A stretch of DNA of 64,000 bases from Planctomycetota bacterium (GTDB lineage Bacteria > Planctomycetota > B15-G4 > SIAN01): positions 32,001 through 96,000 of the forward strand of contig JANNXA010000016.1 of assembly GCA_031409275.1 (NCBI GenBank). The letters run 5' to 3'. The translations under genes and the position numbers were made by a program. The stretch's first letter is position 1. The number at the start of each line of letters is the position of its first letter. Below the pieces are notes generated by a model. The model was not told the origin of the DNA. It saw only the letters and a list, made by a program, of their open reading frames with translations, and did no database searches. Shown piece by piece: positions 20,855 through 31,541 of the stretch.

Positions 20855-21700
20855 TCACGCGACCGCAGGGGCTCGCCGCCGCAGCGCGAGCAGCCCCACC
20901 GCCCCGATCAGCGACAGGGCGAGCAGCGCGACGGCGCGGGCGGCTCCCGGCCCGCCGCCGGCGTCGCCACCAAGCCACCCTCCGACGACGGGCTTGCCCT
21001 TCTCGTCGAAGCGCTCCTGCTTGCCGGCGACCACCTGCCAGCGCTTCGCACCTTTCGCAGAGGCGTCGACTTCGCGCAGCTCGAGCGTCGTCGTGATCGT
21101 CTCGGCAGCCGAACTCGCCTCGATCGCGTCATGCGTGCGAACGCTCGGCGTGAGGCAGAGCCACGGCAGCGCCGCAGCCCAGCCTTCGGGCTGCCGCTGC
21201 TTGCCATCCGTCTCACGGAGATGGGCAAAGTCAGCGGCGTGCGCGGCATCGACCGCGACCACGTAGTAGCCGCGGCGCGGCGCGCGGAACTCCACGCCAG
21301 GGAAGACCCGATCGGCCTCCGCGAGGGTGTCGTAGCCGGAGCCGACGTAGAAGTGCCAGCCGATCGCCTCGCTCGAGCCGGCGATGGGCGCCTTCTTCGG
21401 CGCCAGCACCAGTGTCGCGCCGACCTTGAGCTTCTCTGGCACGAGGCCTTCGTTGCAGCGCAGCAGGTCGGCGACGCGGGTCGGGTCGCCGTAGACCTCA
21501 CGCGCGATCTTCTCCAGCGTGTCGCCCTCGCGAATGAGGCGCGAGTGCTCGCAGTAGTCGTCAAAGCGACCCGCGTCGATCACCGCCTGGTTCCGGACGA
21601 ACTTCGTCCCCGGCGCAATGAGGTCGGCGGCCGCCGGAGGAGCCGCCGCGACCGACGCCACCACCACCGCCATCGCCGCGAACCAACCCTGCATCGCCAT
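20855..21700 (-). CDS. LysM domain protein with signal peptide and C-terminal membrane anchor
   Basis: IREGDTLEKIAREVYGD...LLRCN..L.PEKLKVGATLVL is a LysM pattern; Gly-rich linker, TM helix and RRR at the C-terminus; GAGGA upstream of the start. Confidence 0.8.
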   Translation of the reverse strand: MAMQGWFAAMAVVVASVAAAPPAAADLIAPGTKFVRNQAVIDAGRFDDYCEHSRLIREGDTLEKIAREVYGDPTRVADLLRCNEGLVPEKLKVGATLVLAPKKAPIAGSSEAIGWHFYVGSGYDTLAEADRVFPGVEFRAPRRGYYVVAVDAAHAADFAHLRETDGKQRQPEGWAAALPWLCLTPSVRTHDAIEASSAAETITTTLELREVDASAKGAKRWQVVAGKQERFDEKGKPVVGGWLGGDAGGGPGAARAVALLALSLIGAVGLLALRRRAPAVA

Positions 21701-21983
21701 CACCCAGCTCCTCGTCGTACCGCCCGCCGTCGCGCGAACGCTACCGCGCCTCACTCCGACCGCGCGGCCGCGCCGAGGTTCCCGCCCCGGGAGTTACCCG
21801 GAATGAGCCGCGGCGCGCGCGGTTCCGGCGGATGGAGGTACTCCGCCCCCTCGTCGCTCCGTCGTCGTTCGCTGGACGCTGGCGGCGGGCGCACTCGGTT
21901 CCGCGACGGGCGGCGGCAGCAGCAGCAGCACGCGTCAACTCGAACGGCTCGTGATCGCGAAGTGAGCGACGCCGCCGCCCCGC

Positions 21984-23642
21984 TCACATCCCGCGATACT
22001 TCGGCCCGCTGCCGCCTTCGCGCGGCGTCCAACGCGGGCCGATCACGTCGGTCGCCTTGCAGTCGATGCAGTTCGGGGCGTTGACGCGCAGCTTGCCGTC
22101 GACCACCTCGTAGACGCCGGCGGGACACATCGCGGCGTAGAGCTTCGCGACTTCGGTCGGCACCTCGGCGTTCGAGATCAAGTGCGACGGGATCGAGTCG
22201 CGCGTCTGGTTGCCCGACTTGAAGACCGCATCGACCTTGCTGAAGGTCAGCTTGCCGTCGGGCACGAACGACGCCGGCGGCGTGATCTCCTTGCCCTCGG
22301 CCGCATCCTCCTCGACGTGCTGATGGCCGCCGAAGAGCGCCCCTCCCGTCGCGGTCATCACCGCGGCCTTGAAGCCGCCGACGTAGAAGCCGCTCTTGAA
22401 GGCCAACCGCATGTTGCGCGTGCGATGGAGGTCCTTGACGATCACCGATTCGTTGACCAGGCGGTCGTAGTCGCGCAGCGCGTCGTAGCTGACGTCGTCC
22501 TTCCGCAGCGCCGCGAAGATCGCGCGCGCGGCGAAGATGCCGCTCCACATCGCATAGTGGATTCCCTTCAGCGTCGGCACGTCGACGAAGCCGGCCGCAT
22601 CGCCCAGCACCACCAAACCGTCGCTGCAGCGTCGTTCCGGCAACGACCAGTAGCCGCCCTCGGGGATCGTCTTCGCCCCCCACTCGACCAGCTCGCCGCC
22701 GTCCAGCAGCTGCTTGAACAACGGGTGCAGCTTCAGCCGCTGCAGCAGCGCGTGGACGTCAAGCCCGCTTTGCCGCCAGTCCATGCCGACCACGAGACCC
22801 AGTGCGACGAGGTTCTTCCCCTGCGGATAGGCGAAGCTGCCGCCGAACGCGTCCTTGGGCAGCGGCCACCCCATCGTGTGGATCACGGTGTCGAGCGGGA
22901 CCTTGGTCTCCCACAGCTCCTTCACGCCGAGCGCGTAGATCTGCGGGTTCTTGCTCTGCACCTGCTGCCACTGCATCCACGCCTGCGTCAGCAGCCCGCG
23001 CGTGCCCTCCGACAGCACGGTGACGCGCGCCTCGATGTCGGTCGCGGGGCTCGCGTTGGCGCCCGCGCTGCCGTCACGCTCGAGGCCGCTTGGCGTCGTG
23101 CGCACGCCGACGACCTTCGGGCCGTCGACGCGCAACCCCGCCGCCGGGAAGCCGGTGAAGAGGTTGACGCCAGCCGCCTCCGCCTTCGCCCCGAGCCAGC
23201 GCACCATCTCGCTGATCGAGGCCGCGAAGTTGCCGTGGTTCTTCATCGTGGGCGGCGTCGGCAACTTGGTCTGCCCGTTCTCGGAGAGGAGGTAGACCGC
23301 CTCATCGTTGACCGGAACCTTGAACGGGAACTCGGCGTCGCTCATCCCCGGGAAGAGCTCGCGAAAGGCCGACGGGTTCACCACCGAGCCCGACAGGTTG
23401 TGCTCGCCGAGCGCCTCGGCCTTCTCCAGCACGCCGACTTCGAGGTCGGCCACCGATTCGCCGCGCGCCTTGGCCGCCGCCACCAGCCGCTTCAACTCGA
23501 TCGCGCCCGCCAGGCCACCCGGCCCCGCGCCCACGAAGACCACATCGAGCGGCACCGAGTTGTCGCCCGCGGGCCCCTTCACGATCAGCGAATCGTGCGG
23601 CAGCGACGGCTGGAAGCGCTTCGGGATCAGCGGAGAAGTCAT
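21984..23642 (-). CDS. Electron transfer flavoprotein-ubiquinone oxidoreductase
   Basis: DVVFVGAGPGGL, LSGSV, GAKTIPEGG, GDAAGF..KGIHYAM, C-terminal Fe-S segment MCPAGVYE..NCIDCKATD..WTPREGGSGP. Confidence 0.9.
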   Translation of the reverse strand: MTSPLIPKRFQPSLPHDSLIVKGPAGDNSVPLDVVFVGAGPGGLAGAIELKRLVAAAKARGESVADLEVGVLEKAEALGEHNLSGSVVNPSAFRELFPGMSDAEFPFKVPVNDEAVYLLSENGQTKLPTPPTMKNHGNFAASISEMVRWLGAKAEAAGVNLFTGFPAAGLRVDGPKVVGVRTTPSGLERDGSAGANASPATDIEARVTVLSEGTRGLLTQAWMQWQQVQSKNPQIYALGVKELWETKVPLDTVIHTMGWPLPKDAFGGSFAYPQGKNLVALGLVVGMDWRQSGLDVHALLQRLKLHPLFKQLLDGGELVEWGAKTIPEGGYWSLPERRCSDGLVVLGDAAGFVDVPTLKGIHYAMWSGIFAARAIFAALRKDDVSYDALRDYDRLVNESVIVKDLHRTRNMRLAFKSGFYVGGFKAAVMTATGGALFGGHQHVEEDAAEGKEITPPASFVPDGKLTFSKVDAVFKSGNQTRDSIPSHLISNAEVPTEVAKLYAAMCPAGVYEVVDGKLRVNAPNCIDCKATDVIGPRWTPREGGSGPKYRGM

Positions 23643-23743
23643 GGAAGGCGCATGTCCTCGCAGGGCGGCCCGCCGCATCGCGTCGCGACGCAGGCGAAAG
23701 AGGGGCGCGAGGATAGCGCCGCTCGCCGCAGCGGTTGGCGGCG

Positions 23744-24769
23744 TCAGCCCCCCTGCTTCCCTCCGCCCTCGAGCTGCGCCTTGATCAAGCCGAGCAGCCG
23801 CTCCTCTTCGAGCTTGTCCTCCTCGATGCGCAGCTCCTGCGACTTCTTGATCGAGCGCGCGGCGGCCTCGCTCCTGCCGAGCGCGCGCTGGGCGCGGGCG
23901 AGCCAGCGCCACGCTTCGCGGCTGGTGGGACGCTCGTCGGTCGCCTGGGTCATGAGCGGCAGCGCTTCGGCGGAACGGTCGCGCTCGACCAGGAACATCC
24001 CGAGATGCAACGCGGCCTGGAAGCGCGCGAGCTTCGAGCCCTGCGTCAACGCCGGGCGCAGCACCTTCTCCGCCGCCTCGTCCTTGCCCTGGCGCGCCAG
24101 CACGTCACCGAGGCGCCAGAGCGCGTCCTCGTGGCCCTTCAGCTTGACCGCGTTCGCGAACTCGCGCTCCGCCGCCGCGTAGTCGCGCAGGTTGGTGTGG
24201 TTCTCGCCGGACGTGAAATGGCACAGGCCGTTGTCAGGCGCGAGCTCGAGCGAGCGCTCGTAGGCAGCGCGCGCCTCGAGGTACTTCTTCTGCTGGCCGC
24301 GCGCGACGCCCAGCCCGAACCACAGCTGCGCCTCGTTGGGGAAGCGATCGCAGCCCGCGCGGAAGACCGCCTCCGCCTCGACCACCTTGCCGCTCATCGT
24401 CAGCGATGAGCCGAACAGGTTGATGACGTCGAGCGTGCCGGGCTTCAGCTCGCAAGCGCGGCGCGCGAAGGGCTCGGCGCCGACGAAGTCGGATCGAACT
24501 TCCGCGAGCCAACGCGCCATCGTCTTGGCCAGCTCGAAGTTGGCGGGGTCGGCGGCGAGCACTTCCGCCATCGCCGCGCGCGCCGCCACGAAGTCGCCAG
24601 CGAGGTGGAGCTTCTGCGCCGCCTCCCAGCGCGCGAAGAGCGCGGCGTTGTCGGGCGCAGCCGGCGCGGCCTGCGGCGCGGCCTGCGGCGTGGCCGGCGC
24701 GGGTGCCGGCGGCGGAACCGACGGCGCGTCCTGCAGCATCACGAAGGCAAGCCACCACGTGCTGCTCAT
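23744..24769 (-). CDS. TPR repeat protein, probably exported
   Basis: Pro/Ala linker followed by multiple TPR-like repeats (LWFGLGVA..YLEARAAYERSLELAP); ATGA overlap with the upstream gene. Confidence 0.8.
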   Translation of the reverse strand: MSSTWWLAFVMLQDAPSVPPPAPAPATPQAAPQAAPAAPDNAALFARWEAAQKLHLAGDFVAARAAMAEVLAADPANFELAKTMARWLAEVRSDFVGAEPFARRACELKPGTLDVINLFGSSLTMSGKVVEAEAVFRAGCDRFPNEAQLWFGLGVARGQQKKYLEARAAYERSLELAPDNGLCHFTSGENHTNLRDYAAAEREFANAVKLKGHEDALWRLGDVLARQGKDEAAEKVLRPALTQGSKLARFQAALHLGMFLVERDRSAEALPLMTQATDERPTSREAWRWLARAQRALGRSEAAARSIKKSQELRIEEDKLEEERLLGLIKAQLEGGGKQGG

Positions 24770-26499
24770 CGCTTCGCCACCTCTTCGAGCGTGCCGCCCT
24801 TCTCGAGCCGCAGTGTCCGCGCGCCCGCGACGTCGACGAACTCCTGCTGCGTGCCGTCGGGCCACGTCACGGTCAGCTTCTCGAGCACGGCGGCGCCGCC
24901 CAGACCGAAGTGCATGCGCAGGTCGCTGCTGCTGGCGAACGAGCCGCCAGCGCGAACCTGACGCGCGAGCTTGCGCCCGCCGACCTGCGCGACCGCGCGC
25001 GCGCCGATCGCGAAGCGGTTCATGCCGGTTGGTTGGCGCAGCTCGAGCAGCAGCGCGTCCTTGCCGCTGCCCTGGTTGATCAGCACGCTCGGGACTTCAT
25101 CCATCGCCATGACGACGACGTCGACATCGCGGTCGCCGTCGAGGTCGCCGAACGCGGCGCCGCGAAACGAGGCGCGCCGCGCGAAGCCCGACCCTGCCGC
25201 ATCCGTGACATCGAGCAGCGTCTTCTTCGCCTGCTGGTAGATGCGGTTCTGCTGGCGATAGGTCAGCTCGGGCGCGCGCACGTCCGCCTGCGGATAGACG
25301 TGGCCGTTGGCGACGAAGAAGTCGAGGTCGCCATCGTCGTCGAAATCGACGAACTCGGTGGCCCAACCCAGCGACAGGTAGGCCTTCGGTCCGAACGGGA
25401 AGCGGGCGGTCACGTCGACGAAGCTGCCACCGCCTTCGTTGCGATAGATCGTGTTGTCGTCGTGCGAGAAGTTGGTGACCGCGAGGTCGAAGAGGCCGTC
25501 GCTGTCGAGATCGCCGCACGCCACCCCCATGCTCGCCTGCGCCACGCCGTCGCGGCTGACGGCAACGCCCGCGAGGTCGGCAAGGTCACTGAAACGGCCG
25601 CGGCCGTCGTTGTCCCACAGCGAGTTGGCACGCGAGTCGTTGCCGACGTAGACGTCGATGTCGCCATCCTGGTCGTGATCGAACGCCGTGACGCCCAGTG
25701 CGTAGCGCGGGTCGTGGTCGCGGATGCCGGCCTTGTCGCTCATGTCGCGGAAGGTGCCATCGCCCTTGTTGCGGAAGAAGCTGTCGGGCTCAGGCACCAT
25801 CCCCTTCGGACCGCACGCGGCCGGCACGTCGAGGAACGGGCAATCGACCTTGCGCCAGCACTTCGGATCGCGCGCGATCGCCATCGCGAGGTAGTTGCCG
25901 ACGTAGAGATCGAGGTCGTCGTCACCGTCCGCATCGAAGAAGGCGGCGCCGACCGACCAGTGCGGGTCGCCGATCGCGACGTCGCGCGTCGCATCGACGA
26001 ACTTGCCGCTGCCGTCGTTGCGCAGGAAGCGGTTGGGCCCCCAGCAGGTGACGTAGAGGTCGAGGTCGCCGTCGCCATCGGGATCAGCGGCCGTCACGCC
26101 CTGGCCGAAGACATGGATCCCGGCGCCGGAGCTTTCAGTGACATCGGTGAAGCGGCCGCTGCCGTCGTTCTCGTAGAGGCGGCAGGTGCCGTCCTTCTTC
26201 GGCTTCCAGTCGACATCGAGCGGATCGACGCCGGGCGGCAGATCGGTCGGCGGCGCGAGCGTCCCCGCGTCGACGAGGAAGAGATCGAGATCGCCGTCCC
26301 CCTCCTTGTCGAAGAGGGCGCAACCGCAACCGATGCATTCGAGCAGGTAGCGCTTGTTCTGCGGATCGCCGCAGTGGTTGACCCACGTCACGCCGCGCGC
26401 GGCCGCTTCATCGACGAAGGTGAACGGCGGCGGCGAGGCCGCGGCGACCGGTGGTGTCGTCTCCTGCAGCAGCGCCAGGGCAAAGCAGAGTGCGTTCAT
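24766..26499 (-). CDS. CRTAC1-family protein (FG-GAP repeats plus ASPIC/UnbV domain)
   Basis: Repeated D.DGDGDLDL motifs; C-terminal NRFAIGAR..GGSFASSSD.R.HFGLG..V.WPDG. Confidence 0.92.
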   Translation of the reverse strand: MNALCFALALLQETTPPVAAASPPPFTFVDEAAARGVTWVNHCGDPQNKRYLLECIGCGCALFDKEGDGDLDLFLVDAGTLAPPTDLPPGVDPLDVDWKPKKDGTCRLYENDGSGRFTDVTESSGAGIHVFGQGVTAADPDGDGDLDLYVTCWGPNRFLRNDGSGKFVDATRDVAIGDPHWSVGAAFFDADGDDDLDLYVGNYLAMAIARDPKCWRKVDCPFLDVPAACGPKGMVPEPDSFFRNKGDGTFRDMSDKAGIRDHDPRYALGVTAFDHDQDGDIDVYVGNDSRANSLWDNDGRGRFSDLADLAGVAVSRDGVAQASMGVACGDLDSDGLFDLAVTNFSHDDNTIYRNEGGGSFVDVTARFPFGPKAYLSLGWATEFVDFDDDGDLDFFVANGHVYPQADVRAPELTYRQQNRIYQQAKKTLLDVTDAAGSGFARRASFRGAAFGDLDGDRDVDVVVMAMDEVPSVLINQGSGKDALLLELRQPTGMNRFAIGARAVAQVGGRKLARQVRAGGSFASSSDLRMHFGLGGAAVLEKLTVTWPDGTQQEFVDVAGARTLRLEKGGTLEEVAKR

Positions 26500-26514
26500 G
26501 GCGTGCGCCCGCGG

Positions 26515-27939
26515 CTACGCATGGATGGCGCGGCGATCGACGGCCATCGCCGCCTCCTTGATCGCTTCGGAGAGGGTCGGGTGGGCGTGGCAGCAGCGGG
26601 CGAGATCCTCGGCGCTGGCGTGGAAGTTCATCGCGACCGCTGCCTCGGCGATCAGCTCGCTCGCGTGGGAGCCGAAGATGTGGATGCCAAGCAACCGATC
26701 GGTCTCCGCGTGGGCCAGCACCTTCACGCGCCCCTCGATGGTGTTGGCAGCGCGCGCGCGACCGTTGCCGCGGAACTGGAAGAGCCCCTTCTTGAACGGC
26801 ACGTTCGCCGCGACGAGCTCCTCCTCGGTCTTGCCGACACCGGCGACCTCGGGGTCGGTGTAGACGACCGCAGGGATCGTGTCGTAGTCGACGTGGCCGT
26901 GGCCGCCGGCCATGAACTCGGCGCAGGCGACCCCTTCTTCCTCGGCCTTGTGGGCGAGCATCGGCCCGCGCACGACGTCACCGATCGCGTAGATGCCCGC
27001 CACGTTGGTGGCGAAGCGCTCGTCGATCACCACCCGCCCGCGCGGATCCTGCTTCACCCCCACCACGTCGAGCCCGAGCCCATCGGTGCAGGGCGCGCGG
27101 CCGATCGCCACCAGGACGCGCTCGGCGTGCAACTGCTCGCCCGCGGCGCCGTCCGCACCCACCAACTCGACGATCGCCTCGTCGCCGTTCTTCGGATCGC
27201 GCACGGCGCGCTTGACCTTCACGCCCAGCCGGAAGGCGAGCCCCTGCCGCTCGAGGATCTTCTTGGCGTCGGCGGCGATCTCGCCGTCCATGCCCGGCAG
27301 GATCCGCTCCATCAGTTCGAGCACGGTCACCTGGCTGCCAAGGCGCGCCCACACCGAGCCCATCTCGAGGCCGATCGCGCCCGCGCCGATGACGATCAAG
27401 TGCTTCGGCACGCTGGCGAAGGAGAGCGCCTCGGTGCTGGTGACGACGCGCGAACCGTCGACGTCGAGGCCCGGGATCTTTGCGACCTTGCTGCCCGTCG
27501 CGATCAGCGCGCGCTTCGCGACGACTTCGCCGGTGGCGCCCGCCGCGTTGGTCACCGCGACGCGCACGCCGTCCTGCCCCGCCGCGACGAAGCGCCCGGT
27601 GCCATGGTGGCGCGCGATCTTGCCCTTCTTCAGCAGCGCGTCGATGCCACTGGTGAGCCCCTTCACCACCGAGTCCTTGCGCGCCAGCATCGCCGCGAGG
27701 TCGAGCTCGACGCCGGCGACCTTCACGCCGTGCGCGGCGAGCGCGTGCTTCGCCTCGGCGTACTTCTCGCTCGATTCGAGCAGCGCCTTGCTGGGGATGC
27801 AGCCGACGCGCAGGCAGGTGCCGCCGAGCGCCGCCTCCTTCTCCACCACGGCCACCTTGAGGCCGAGCTGCGCGGCGCGGATCGCGGCGACGTAGCCGCC
27901 GGGGCCGGCACCGATGACGACGAGGTCGAGGGGGTCCAT
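26515..27939 (-). CDS. lpdA: Dihydrolipoyl dehydrogenase (E3)
   Basis: GAGPGGYVAAIRAAQLG, redox disulfide GGTCLRVGCIPSK, HAHPTLSE. Confidence 0.97.
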   Translation of the reverse strand: MDPLDLVVIGAGPGGYVAAIRAAQLGLKVAVVEKEAALGGTCLRVGCIPSKALLESSEKYAEAKHALAAHGVKVAGVELDLAAMLARKDSVVKGLTSGIDALLKKGKIARHHGTGRFVAAGQDGVRVAVTNAAGATGEVVAKRALIATGSKVAKIPGLDVDGSRVVTSTEALSFASVPKHLIVIGAGAIGLEMGSVWARLGSQVTVLELMERILPGMDGEIAADAKKILERQGLAFRLGVKVKRAVRDPKNGDEAIVELVGADGAAGEQLHAERVLVAIGRAPCTDGLGLDVVGVKQDPRGRVVIDERFATNVAGIYAIGDVVRGPMLAHKAEEEGVACAEFMAGGHGHVDYDTIPAVVYTDPEVAGVGKTEEELVAANVPFKKGLFQFRGNGRARAANTIEGRVKVLAHAETDRLLGIHIFGSHASELIAEAAVAMNFHASAEDLARCCHAHPTLSEAIKEAAMAVDRRAIHA

Positions 27940-27963
27940 GGCGCGATCAGGCTCCGGTGGCGT

Positions 27964-29169
27964 TCAGGCGTCCAACATGATGCGCGCGGGCGACTCGATG
28001 CACTCCTTCACCCGCTTCAAGAACATCACCGCTTCGCGGCCGTCGACGATGCGATGGTCGTAGGTCAGCGCGACGTACATCATCGGACGGATCACCACCT
28101 GCCCCTCGCGCGCCACCGGCCGCTCCTGGATCGCGTGCAGGCCGAGCACGCCCGACTGCGGTGGATTGACGATTGGCGTGGAAAGAAGCGATCCGTAGAC
28201 GCCGCCGTTGCTGATGGTGAAGGTGCCGCCCGAGAGCTCCTCGAGCGAAAGCTGGTTGCTCTGCGCGCGTTTGCCGAAGTCGGCGATCGCCCGCTCGACG
28301 TCGGCGAACGAGAGCCGCTCCGCATCGCGGATGACCGGCACGACCAGCCCCTTGCCGCCACCGACCGCGACTCCGAGGTCGCAGTAGTGGTGGTAGAGGA
28401 TCTCGTCACCATTGGCGCCCGCGCGGATCTGCGCGTTCAACGCCGGCACCGCCGCGAGCGCCTCGACCACGGCCTTGACGAAGAAGGACATCAGCCCGAG
28501 CTTCAATCCGTGTTTGTTCAGGAACGACTCGCCGTGGAGCTGGCGCAGCCGCTGCACTTCGCCCATGTCGATCTCGTTGAAGGTCGTGAGCAGCGCGGCC
28601 GTCGCCTGCGCCTCGACGAGGCGGCGCGCGATCGTGCGACGCAGCGGCGACATCGCGACCGCTTCAGTGGCGCGCGCCCCGGGCGTCGCGGCGGCGGGCG
28701 CGGCGCTCTTCGCGGCGACCGCTCGCAGCGCGTCCTCCTTCAGCAGGCGGCCGCCAGGACCGGTGGGTGTCGCCGCGCTGGCCGCGACGCCCGCGTCGGC
28801 GAGCACGCGCGCCGCAGCCGGCATCACCTTGCCGCTCGCGGCGGAGGAAACGGGCACGGCGGAAGGCGCCGGCGAACTGGCAGCAGCAGCAACGCTGGCG
28901 CTGGCGCTGGCGCTGGCCGCGCCGCTCGTGCCGCTCTCCTCCATCACGCCAAGGACCTCGCCGACGCGCACCTTCATGCCCGAGGTCTTGGCGATCTGCG
29001 TGATGACGCCGGCGACAGGTGCCGGGATCTCGACGGTCGCCTTGTCGGTCTCGATGACCACCACGACCTGGTCGCGCTCGACGCGCTGGCCCGGTTGCAC
29101 GAGCCAACCGCCGACCTGCACCTCGGTCACCGACTCGCCGACGCTCGGCACCTTGAGTTCAACGCTCAT
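27964..29169 (-). CDS. sucB: 2-oxoglutarate dehydrogenase E2 (dihydrolipoamide succinyltransferase)
   Basis: KVPSVGESVTE, lipoyl site IETDKAT, LTTFNE, FTISNGGVYGSLLSTPIVNPPQS, YDHRIVDG. Confidence 0.96.
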   Translation of the reverse strand: MSVELKVPSVGESVTEVQVGGWLVQPGQRVERDQVVVVIETDKATVEIPAPVAGVITQIAKTSGMKVRVGEVLGVMEESGTSGAASASASASVAAAASSPAPSAVPVSSAASGKVMPAAARVLADAGVAASAATPTGPGGRLLKEDALRAVAAKSAAPAAATPGARATEAVAMSPLRRTIARRLVEAQATAALLTTFNEIDMGEVQRLRQLHGESFLNKHGLKLGLMSFFVKAVVEALAAVPALNAQIRAGANGDEILYHHYCDLGVAVGGGKGLVVPVIRDAERLSFADVERAIADFGKRAQSNQLSLEELSGGTFTISNGGVYGSLLSTPIVNPPQSGVLGLHAIQERPVAREGQVVIRPMMYVALTYDHRIVDGREAVMFLKRVKECIESPARIMLDA

Positions 29170-29272
29170 CCGCTCGATCCCCGCAGGCTGCCGGCGGCGC
29201 CGCGAACGGGCGCTCCGAAGAGCCGGGCGCGAGAGTAGCGAGCGGCGGCGCGCCGCGGCGGCGCGCAACGCC

Positions 29273-31531
29273 TCATGCCGACTCTTGCGGGACCTCGGCA
29301 GTCACGCGGCGTTCCAGGTAGACGGTCAGCACCCGCTCGAGCGTGGCGAGGTCGATCGGCTTGGTGACGAAGTCGTTCATGCCGGCGGCGAGGCAGCGAT
29401 CGTGATCGCCTTGCGTCGCATTGGCGGTCAACGCCACGATCGGCACGCGCGCCGCCGATTCCGGAAGCTGACGGATCGCGCGGGTCGCGTCGAAGCCGTC
29501 CATCACCGGCATCTGGCAGTCCATCAGCACGAGGTCGAAGCGACCGGCGCGAACCGCCTCGAGTCCAAGACGGCCATTCGCCGCCACGGTCGGCGTGATG
29601 CCGAGCCGCGCGAGCATCTTCTTGGCAACCAGCTGGTTCAGCGGCTGATCCTCGACCAGCAGGACCTTGGTCGTCGCTGGAAAGCGTGGCGCGACGGTGT
29701 CCGCCGGGTTCACGGTCGATAGCGCGGTCGATAGCGCGGTCGAGGGCGCTGCCGGCGGCGGCACGGACGGCGAAACGACCGGCGCGGCGACGCGGGGCGC
29801 GATCGCGGGAGCGGCGACCGCCGGCGCGTGGCCGAGGCGGCTCAGTTGCTCGCTGCGCGCAGGCGCCATCAACGTGGTGGAGACGCTCGCGGCAGCCAGC
29901 ATCGCCGCATTCGGCGGCTCACGCCGCGGCACCAGCAGATGCAGCGGCGGCAACTTCTCGCCGCACTCAGCGGCGAAGCGGCGGCAGCTCGCCAACGCGC
30001 GCGCCGGATCGAGCGTGCCGTCGACCAGGACGAAAGCGGGCGCCGGCACGTTGCTCAGTGCGAGCAACGCCGTCGCGTCATCGGCAGCGCTCAAGACTCG
30101 CCACCCCTGCAGGGCGAGTCGCACCGAGAGGCTCGAGCGCGTCGCGCCGCGGCTCGCGACGACCAGCGCCGTCTCGTCGCGCTGCGGCACCACCGGCGCC
30201 GCCACGGCGCCGCGCAGCGGCAACTGCAGCCAGAAGGTGCTGCCGATCCCGATCTCGCTCTTGAGGCCGATCGTGCCACCCATCGCCTCGATCAGGCGCC
30301 GCGAAAGCGCCAGCCCGAGCCCGGTGCCGCCGAAGCGGCGCGTCATCGACGAGTCGGCCTGCGTGAACGCGCCGAAGAGCCTCGTCTGCGCCTCCGCGTC
30401 GATCCCGATGCCGGTGTCGACGACCGCGTAGCGCAGGCACGCGCCGCCCTCCGCATCGGTTCGGCACCCCAGCTGCAGGCGAACCTCGCCGAGCATCGTG
30501 AACTTCACGGCGTTCGAAAGCAGGTTGAGGAGAGCCTGGCGCAGACGCCGCGGATCGCCGGTCAAACGCGCCGGCACGTCGCGCCCGATCTCGAGGACGA
30601 GCTCGAGCCCCTTCTTCTGCGCCGTCTCGGCCACGAGCTCGATCGTCTCCTCGGCATTCGCCCGCGGATCGAACTCGATCTCATCGATCTTCAACCTGCC
30701 GGCATCGACCGCTGAGAAGTCGAGGATGTCGTTCAGGATGTCGAGCAGGGCATGGCTCGATCGCAGGACGGTGTCGACGCACTCCCGCTGCTCCTCGGTG
30801 AGAGGCGTGGCCGACATCAGCTCGGCCATGCCGATCACGCCATTCAACGGCGTGCGAATCTCGTGGCTGATGACGGCGAGGAAGTCGCTCTTCGCACGGT
30901 TGGCGACCTCGGAGTGGAGCTTCGCCGTCGTCAGTTCCGCGACCATCGCCTGGCTCGCGGTGACGTCGCGAAACACGAGGACCGCGCCACGCGGCTCACC
31001 CTGGAAGACGACCGGCGCCAGGACGCATGCGGCGGGAAACTCGGCGCCACCGCGCCGCATGAAGCGTTTGTCGTCGCTGCGCACGCCGCGGGCCGCGCGC
31101 GCCGCGAACGCCAACGGCTCGCCGCCGCTGCCCGCGGCCTCGAGGCGATCGAGCAGCGTCTCGCGACCGAGTTCCTGCGCCGTTCCGCCGAGGAGCTGCT
31201 CGGCCGCCGGGTTCATGAACTGCACGACGCCCTCGACGTCGAGCACGATCAGGCCATCGCCGATGGCGGCGATCACCGCCTGCAACCGGCTCTTCTCCTC
31301 GGCGAGCGACGACTCGGAGGTCGCGCGCAGCTGCTCGTAGAGACCGGCCATCTCGCGCGACGAGATGTCGAGCGACCGCTCCATCGTGTAGCGCTCGCTG
31401 TCCCCGTCGACGTAGACGCGCGAGATCCGTTCGAGCAGCTGCGCCCAAGTGGCGGCATCGGGCGGCTGCGACGGATCGGCGAGGCCGATGCGCTTCAGCT
31501 GACGCAGCAGGAGTGGGTGGAGCTCGCTCAC
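29273..31531 (-). CDS. Hybrid sensor histidine kinase (PAS-HisKA-HATPase-REC)
   Basis: PAS-like region, [40 protein letters not shown], receiver VLLVED..LMDCQMP..KP. Confidence 0.95.
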   Translation of the reverse strand: MSELHPLLLRQLKRIGLADPSQPPDAATWAQLLERISRVYVDGDSERYTMERSLDISSREMAGLYEQLRATSESSLAEEKSRLQAVIAAIGDGLIVLDVEGVVQFMNPAAEQLLGGTAQELGRETLLDRLEAAGSGGEPLAFAARAARGVRSDDKRFMRRGGAEFPAACVLAPVVFQGEPRGAVLVFRDVTASQAMVAELTTAKLHSEVANRAKSDFLAVISHEIRTPLNGVIGMAELMSATPLTEEQRECVDTVLRSSHALLDILNDILDFSAVDAGRLKIDEIEFDPRANAEETIELVAETAQKKGLELVLEIGRDVPARLTGDPRRLRQALLNLLSNAVKFTMLGEVRLQLGCRTDAEGGACLRYAVVDTGIGIDAEAQTRLFGAFTQADSSMTRRFGGTGLGLALSRRLIEAMGGTIGLKSEIGIGSTFWLQLPLRGAVAAPVVPQRDETALVVASRGATRSSLSVRLALQGWRVLSAADDATALLALSNVPAPAFVLVDGTLDPARALASCRRFAAECGEKLPPLHLLVPRREPPNAAMLAAASVSTTLMAPARSEQLSRLGHAPAVAAPAIAPRVAAPVVSPSVPPPAAPSTALSTALSTVNPADTVAPRFPATTKVLLVEDQPLNQLVAKKMLARLGITPTVAANGRLGLEAVRAGRFDLVLMDCQMPVMDGFDATRAIRQLPESAARVPIVALTANATQGDHDRCLAAGMNDFVTKPIDLATLERVLTVYLERRVTAEVPQESA

Positions 31532-31541
31532 GCGCCCGGCA

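Noticed and set aside
24703..29238. Very long antisense ORFs (e.g. 24703..29238, 33164..37318, 48527..52150, 7304..9625)
   Set aside because: They are shadow ORFs opposite well-supported genes, expected in high-GC DNA, and show no recognisable motifs.
29714..29743. 12-bp tandem repeat ([10 protein letters not shown]) in the histidine kinase linker, and the gctggc run at about 28893-28916 in sucB
   Set aside because: These are in-frame low-complexity linker expansions with no sign of phase variation or a CRISPR-like structure.
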